NCBI GenBank assembly: GCA_964371335.1
Contig: CAYJMC010000001.1
Location: forward strand, 14,648 to 78,647
DNA: 64,000 nt
From: an uncultured Anaerolineaceae bacterium
GTDB taxonomy: Bacteria; Chloroflexota; Anaerolineae; Anaerolineales; UBA11579
Reading direction: 5' to 3'
A program made the translations under genes and the position numbers. The notes below the pieces were generated by a model. The model did no database searches, was not told where the DNA came from, and saw only the letters and a program-made list of their open reading frames with translations. Positions within the stretch are counted from its first letter, which is position 1; each line of letters starts with the position of its first letter. Shown here in pieces: positions 61,185 through 64,000 of this stretch.

Positions 61185-62431
61185 GTATCCTGCGAAAGCG
61201 TGGGGACTTTGTCGAAACTGAGCAGCAGTTGGCTCGCCGCCATACACGGGGCCGCGTCTTGCTCAGCGTATTTCAATTCGCCACATTGATCGGACTTATT
61301 GTCCTGGTCGTCCTTTTGCTTACCATCATCAACAATTCATTCGGTTACTCAGCCGTGCAAAACGAGGTTGATCCGGAAAGCCTGGCGGTGAACGGCATTC
61401 CGCTTGAATCCCTCACCAAGTCGCAATTGACAACTATTTTGCAGGCAAATGTTTCCGCTGGTTTGTTCGCCCGTTTCGAGCAGGATCAACCAATCGCTGA
61501 AAGGGACGCGACCAACATCTACGATCTCATCCAGGAACACGTAATAGCTCCCGAAGTGGAAGAAAGCTGGAATCTATACGATTCATTGACAAAGAAAGAC
61601 CAAATCCTTGTCATTATGAACGAGCAATATCCTGACGCCGAGCTGCAGTTCCTAAGCTGGGTCAACTGGGATTTCGTGCGCTCGCAGCAATCCAGCCACC
61701 CGGAAATCGCTGGGGTGCGTACTGCCATCCTTGGTTCGCTCTGGACAATCTCAATCGCCATTTTCTTTTCTCTGCCGGTTGGAGTCGCTGCGGCTGTTTA
61801 CTTGCAGGAATATGCCCGCGATAATTTCCTCAATCGCATCATCCAAACCAATATCAACAACCTGGCGGGTGTTCCATCTATCATCTACGGCATCCTGGGC
61901 CTGGCTATCTTCGTACGCGCCTTCGGCGCTTTCACCAGCGGGGTCGCATTCGGCGCCGCCGACCCGTCCACGGCAAATGGGCGTACCATCCTGTCTGCGG
62001 GGCTCACCCTGGGCGTGCTGGTCTTGCCCTTGATTATCATCAACGCGCAAGAGGCGATAAAAGCGGTGCCTAATTCGCTGCGCGAAGCCAGCTTTGGCCT
62101 AGGGGCTTCCCGCTGGGAGACGGTTTGGGCGCATGTGTTGCCAAATTCGGTGGCGGGCATCTTGACCGGCAGCATCCTGGCGGTGTCTCGCGCCATCGGC
62201 GAGACGGCGCCGCTGGTGGTGATCGGCGCGTCCACTTTTATCCAAGTGGACCCGGACGGACCTTTTTCCAAGTTCACAACGCTTCCCGCGCAGATCTATC
62301 AATGGACCGTGCGCCCACAGGGGGCGTTTCATAATATTGCTGCCGCGGCCAGCCTGGTCTTGCTGGTTTTGCTGCTGGCATTGAATGCGACGGCCATTGT
62401 GCTGCGAAATAAGTACAGCAGGAGACTCTAA
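61181..62431 (+). CDS. pstA: Phosphate ABC transporter permease PstA (long form)
   Basis: ...[25 protein letters not shown]. About 130-aa periplasmic insert after TM1. ATGA overlap with pstC. Confidence 0.85.
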   Translation: MSILRKRGDFVETEQQLARRHTRGRVLLSVFQFATLIGLIVLVVLLLTIINNSFGYSAVQNEVDPESLAVNGIPLESLTKSQLTTILQANVSAGLFARFEQDQPIAERDATNIYDLIQEHVIAPEVEESWNLYDSLTKKDQILVIMNEQYPDAELQFLSWVNWDFVRSQQSSHPEIAGVRTAILGSLWTISIAIFFSLPVGVAAAVYLQEYARDNFLNRIIQTNINNLAGVPSIIYGILGLAIFVRAFGAFTSGVAFGAADPSTANGRTILSAGLTLGVLVLPLIIINAQEAIKAVPNSLREASFGLGASRWETVWAHVLPNSVAGILTGSILAVSRAIGETAPLVVIGASTFIQVDPDGPFSKFTTLPAQIYQWTVRPQGAFHNIAAAASLVLLVLLLALNATAIVLRNKYSRRL

Positions 62432-62433
62432 GA

Positions 62434-63222
62434 ATGGCAGACAGCGCCAACGGGATTTACGCCATCAAGGCAGATAAGCTAAGCGTGTATTACGGCGAAT
62501 TCCGTGCCGTCCGCGAAGTGGAACTCGGCATCGAACCTCGGCGCATTACCGCCATCATTGGCCCTTCGGGATGTGGGAAATCCACCGTGTTGCGCGCCTT
62601 CAATCGAATGAACGAACTGATCCCCTCCGTGCGCACCGAAGGGCAGGTGCTATTCGGCGGACGCAATATTTACGAGCGCGAAGTCGATCCAGTGGAAGTC
62701 CGGCGCCGCATCGGCATGGTCTTCCAGAAGCCGAATCCTTTTCCTAAATCGATCTACGAGAATGTTGCCTGGGGGGCGCGCATCAACGGCTTCAAGGGCG
62801 ACATGGACGAATTAGTCGAATCGACTCTAAAGAGCGCGGCGCTCTGGAACGAAGTGCACGACAAATTGGATCAAAGCGGCACCTCGCTTTCCGGCGGCCA
62901 GCAGCAACGTCTCTGTATTGCCCGCGCCATTGCAGTAAAGCCAGACATCATCCTGATGGACGAGCCCTGCTCGGCGCTGGATCCGATCGCAACGCTGCGC
63001 ATCGAAGAGCTGATGCGTGACTTGGCTAAGGACTACACCATCATCATCGTCACCCACAATATGCAACAGGCGGCCCGAGTCTCCGATTTCACCGCATTCT
63101 TTTCGCTCTCAGAAGACGGCAAGCGGGCGGGCACGCTGATGGAATACGGCGAGACCAAGCACATGTTCACCCGCCCCGAGAAGAAAATTACTGAGGATTA
63201 CATTACGGGCAGGTTCGGATAA
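62434..63222 (+). CDS. pstB: Phosphate ABC transporter ATPase PstB
   Basis: [29 protein letters not shown], and a PstB-specific C-terminus. Confidence 0.93.
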   Translation: MADSANGIYAIKADKLSVYYGEFRAVREVELGIEPRRITAIIGPSGCGKSTVLRAFNRMNELIPSVRTEGQVLFGGRNIYEREVDPVEVRRRIGMVFQKPNPFPKSIYENVAWGARINGFKGDMDELVESTLKSAALWNEVHDKLDQSGTSLSGGQQQRLCIARAIAVKPDIILMDEPCSALDPIATLRIEELMRDLAKDYTIIIVTHNMQQAARVSDFTAFFSLSEDGKRAGTLMEYGETKHMFTRPEKKITEDYITGRFG

Positions 63223-63650
63223 TGGCGGAACGAAGGCGGGTACTGTTCTTGTGCACGGGAAATTCCTGCCGGTCACAGATGGCCGAGGCGGTAGTGAACG
63301 CTCGCATGGGCGACCGCTGGCAGGCCTTCAGTGCGGGGGTCGAGCCGGCGGCGCAGGTCAATCCCAAAACGATTCGAGCACTGGCCGAGATCGGCATCCA
63401 ACACTCGGGCGAAGCCAAGCACGTCGATCAGTTCATCAATGATGACTTCGATCTGGTGGTAACTGTGTGCGACGCCGCCGCAGAGAACTGCCCGGTCTGG
63501 GTCGGGAAAGGGAAGAGAACCCATCTGAGTTTCCCGGATCCAGCCAAGGCGAAGGGAAGTGAAGAGCAGGTGATGAACCAGTATCGAGAGGTGTTGAGGG
63601 ACATCAGCGAGAAAATCCCCGAACTACTGATAGAAAAAGGGTCAGCTTAG
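63222..63650 (+). CDS. arsC: Arsenate reductase, LMW-PTP (thioredoxin-coupled) type
   Basis: VLFLCTGNSCRSQMAEA P-loop, with downstream Cys in VTVCDAAAENCP. The ATG shares one nt with the pstB stop (TAATG). Confidence 0.85.
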   Translation: MAERRRVLFLCTGNSCRSQMAEAVVNARMGDRWQAFSAGVEPAAQVNPKTIRALAEIGIQHSGEAKHVDQFINDDFDLVVTVCDAAAENCPVWVGKGKRTHLSFPDPAKAKGSEEQVMNQYREVLRDISEKIPELLIEKGSA

Positions 63651-64000
63651 TTTTAGCCAGAGATACCCGTTAGGGGGCAATTCCAGCCGAATTGAATCGT
63701 CAAATAATTCGCCTGTGGCTCGCCCGGTGAATAACTCCGGAGGCGGAAAGAAAAGGTGCTCTTCATCAAGCTGTATATCCACCGTTTGTTTCTTTGAACT
63801 CAGGTTATTCACAATTAACAGTTTTTCGCTCTTGTAGTCGCGGTAGTAAGCCGCGATTTCCTTGGGCTTGTCCACCTCAGCCCATTTGAAATCGCCCCAA
63901 CCAAAAGCGCGATGCACTCTGCGCACTGCGATCATGTTTTTAGTCAGGTAATAGAGGGAAGCCAAATTTGCCTGCTGGTCCGCCACGTTCACGTGCGCCG
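63642..64000 (-). CDS. GH13 alpha-amylase-family enzyme, C-terminal part only (runs off the right edge)
   Basis: C-terminal beta-domain pattern ...LLIVNNLSSKKQTVDIQL...IRLELPPNGYLWLKLS, as in TreS/amylosucrase-like proteins. Confidence 0.5.
   Translation of the reverse strand, partial: AHVNVADQQANLASLYYLTKNMIAVRRVHRAFGWGDFKWAEVDKPKEIAAYYRDYKSEKLLIVNNLSSKKQTVDIQLDEEHLFFPPPELFTGRATGELFDDSIRLELPPNGYLWLKLS

Overview
This is a 64-kb stretch of a high-GC bacterial chromosome. Gene content and style suggest a Chloroflexota/Anaerolineae-like organism: a fused E1 alpha/beta dehydrogenase, DUF1573 lipoproteins, an orphan CpaF, an HD-GYP sensor and GIY-YIG 'tail' repeats. That placement is inference only; no search was possible, and every family call comes from motifs read by eye.

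The window holds about 70 protein genes and two tRNA-Leu genes. Most are housekeeping:
- Lipid synthesis: plsX, fabG, fabD, fabF
- Translation and RNA: rpmF, rpsF, prfB (programmed +1 frameshift), rnc, rlmN, nusB
- Chromosome maintenance: smc, scpA, ssb
- Export and proteolysis: tatA/tatC, tig-clpP
- Cofactor and redox: moaC/D/E, trxA
- Phosphate and arsenic: a PhoB/PhoR-like pair, then arsR-trx-permease, then pstSCAB-arsC

The most unusual content is a compositionally foreign low-GC island at about 20.7-23.5 kb. It carries a self-promoted four-gene operon of small, mutually related winged-helix-like proteins that I cannot assign to any family. The last protein has an extra helical domain with an Rx4H (HEPN-type) motif. 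A decayed duplicate of the operon's 5' end lies upstream. I regard this as the best candidate for an undescribed system (defence or addiction module), but that is a hypothesis.

Next to the island are a tandem pair of unknown paralogs and an orphan PurD-like ATP-grasp gene.

Three repeat layers run through the spacers:
1. At least 13 copies of a hairpin unit identical to the 3' tail of decaying GIY-YIG nuclease genes.
2. GTAG-headed REP/REPIN palindromes, with a RAYT-type tyrosine transposase gene in the same window.
3. Degenerate heptanucleotide tandem arrays. One of these forms the linker of the fused E1 gene and another forms the 5' end of a cytochrome c ORF.

I found no CRISPR array, rRNA, integrase or intact IS element.
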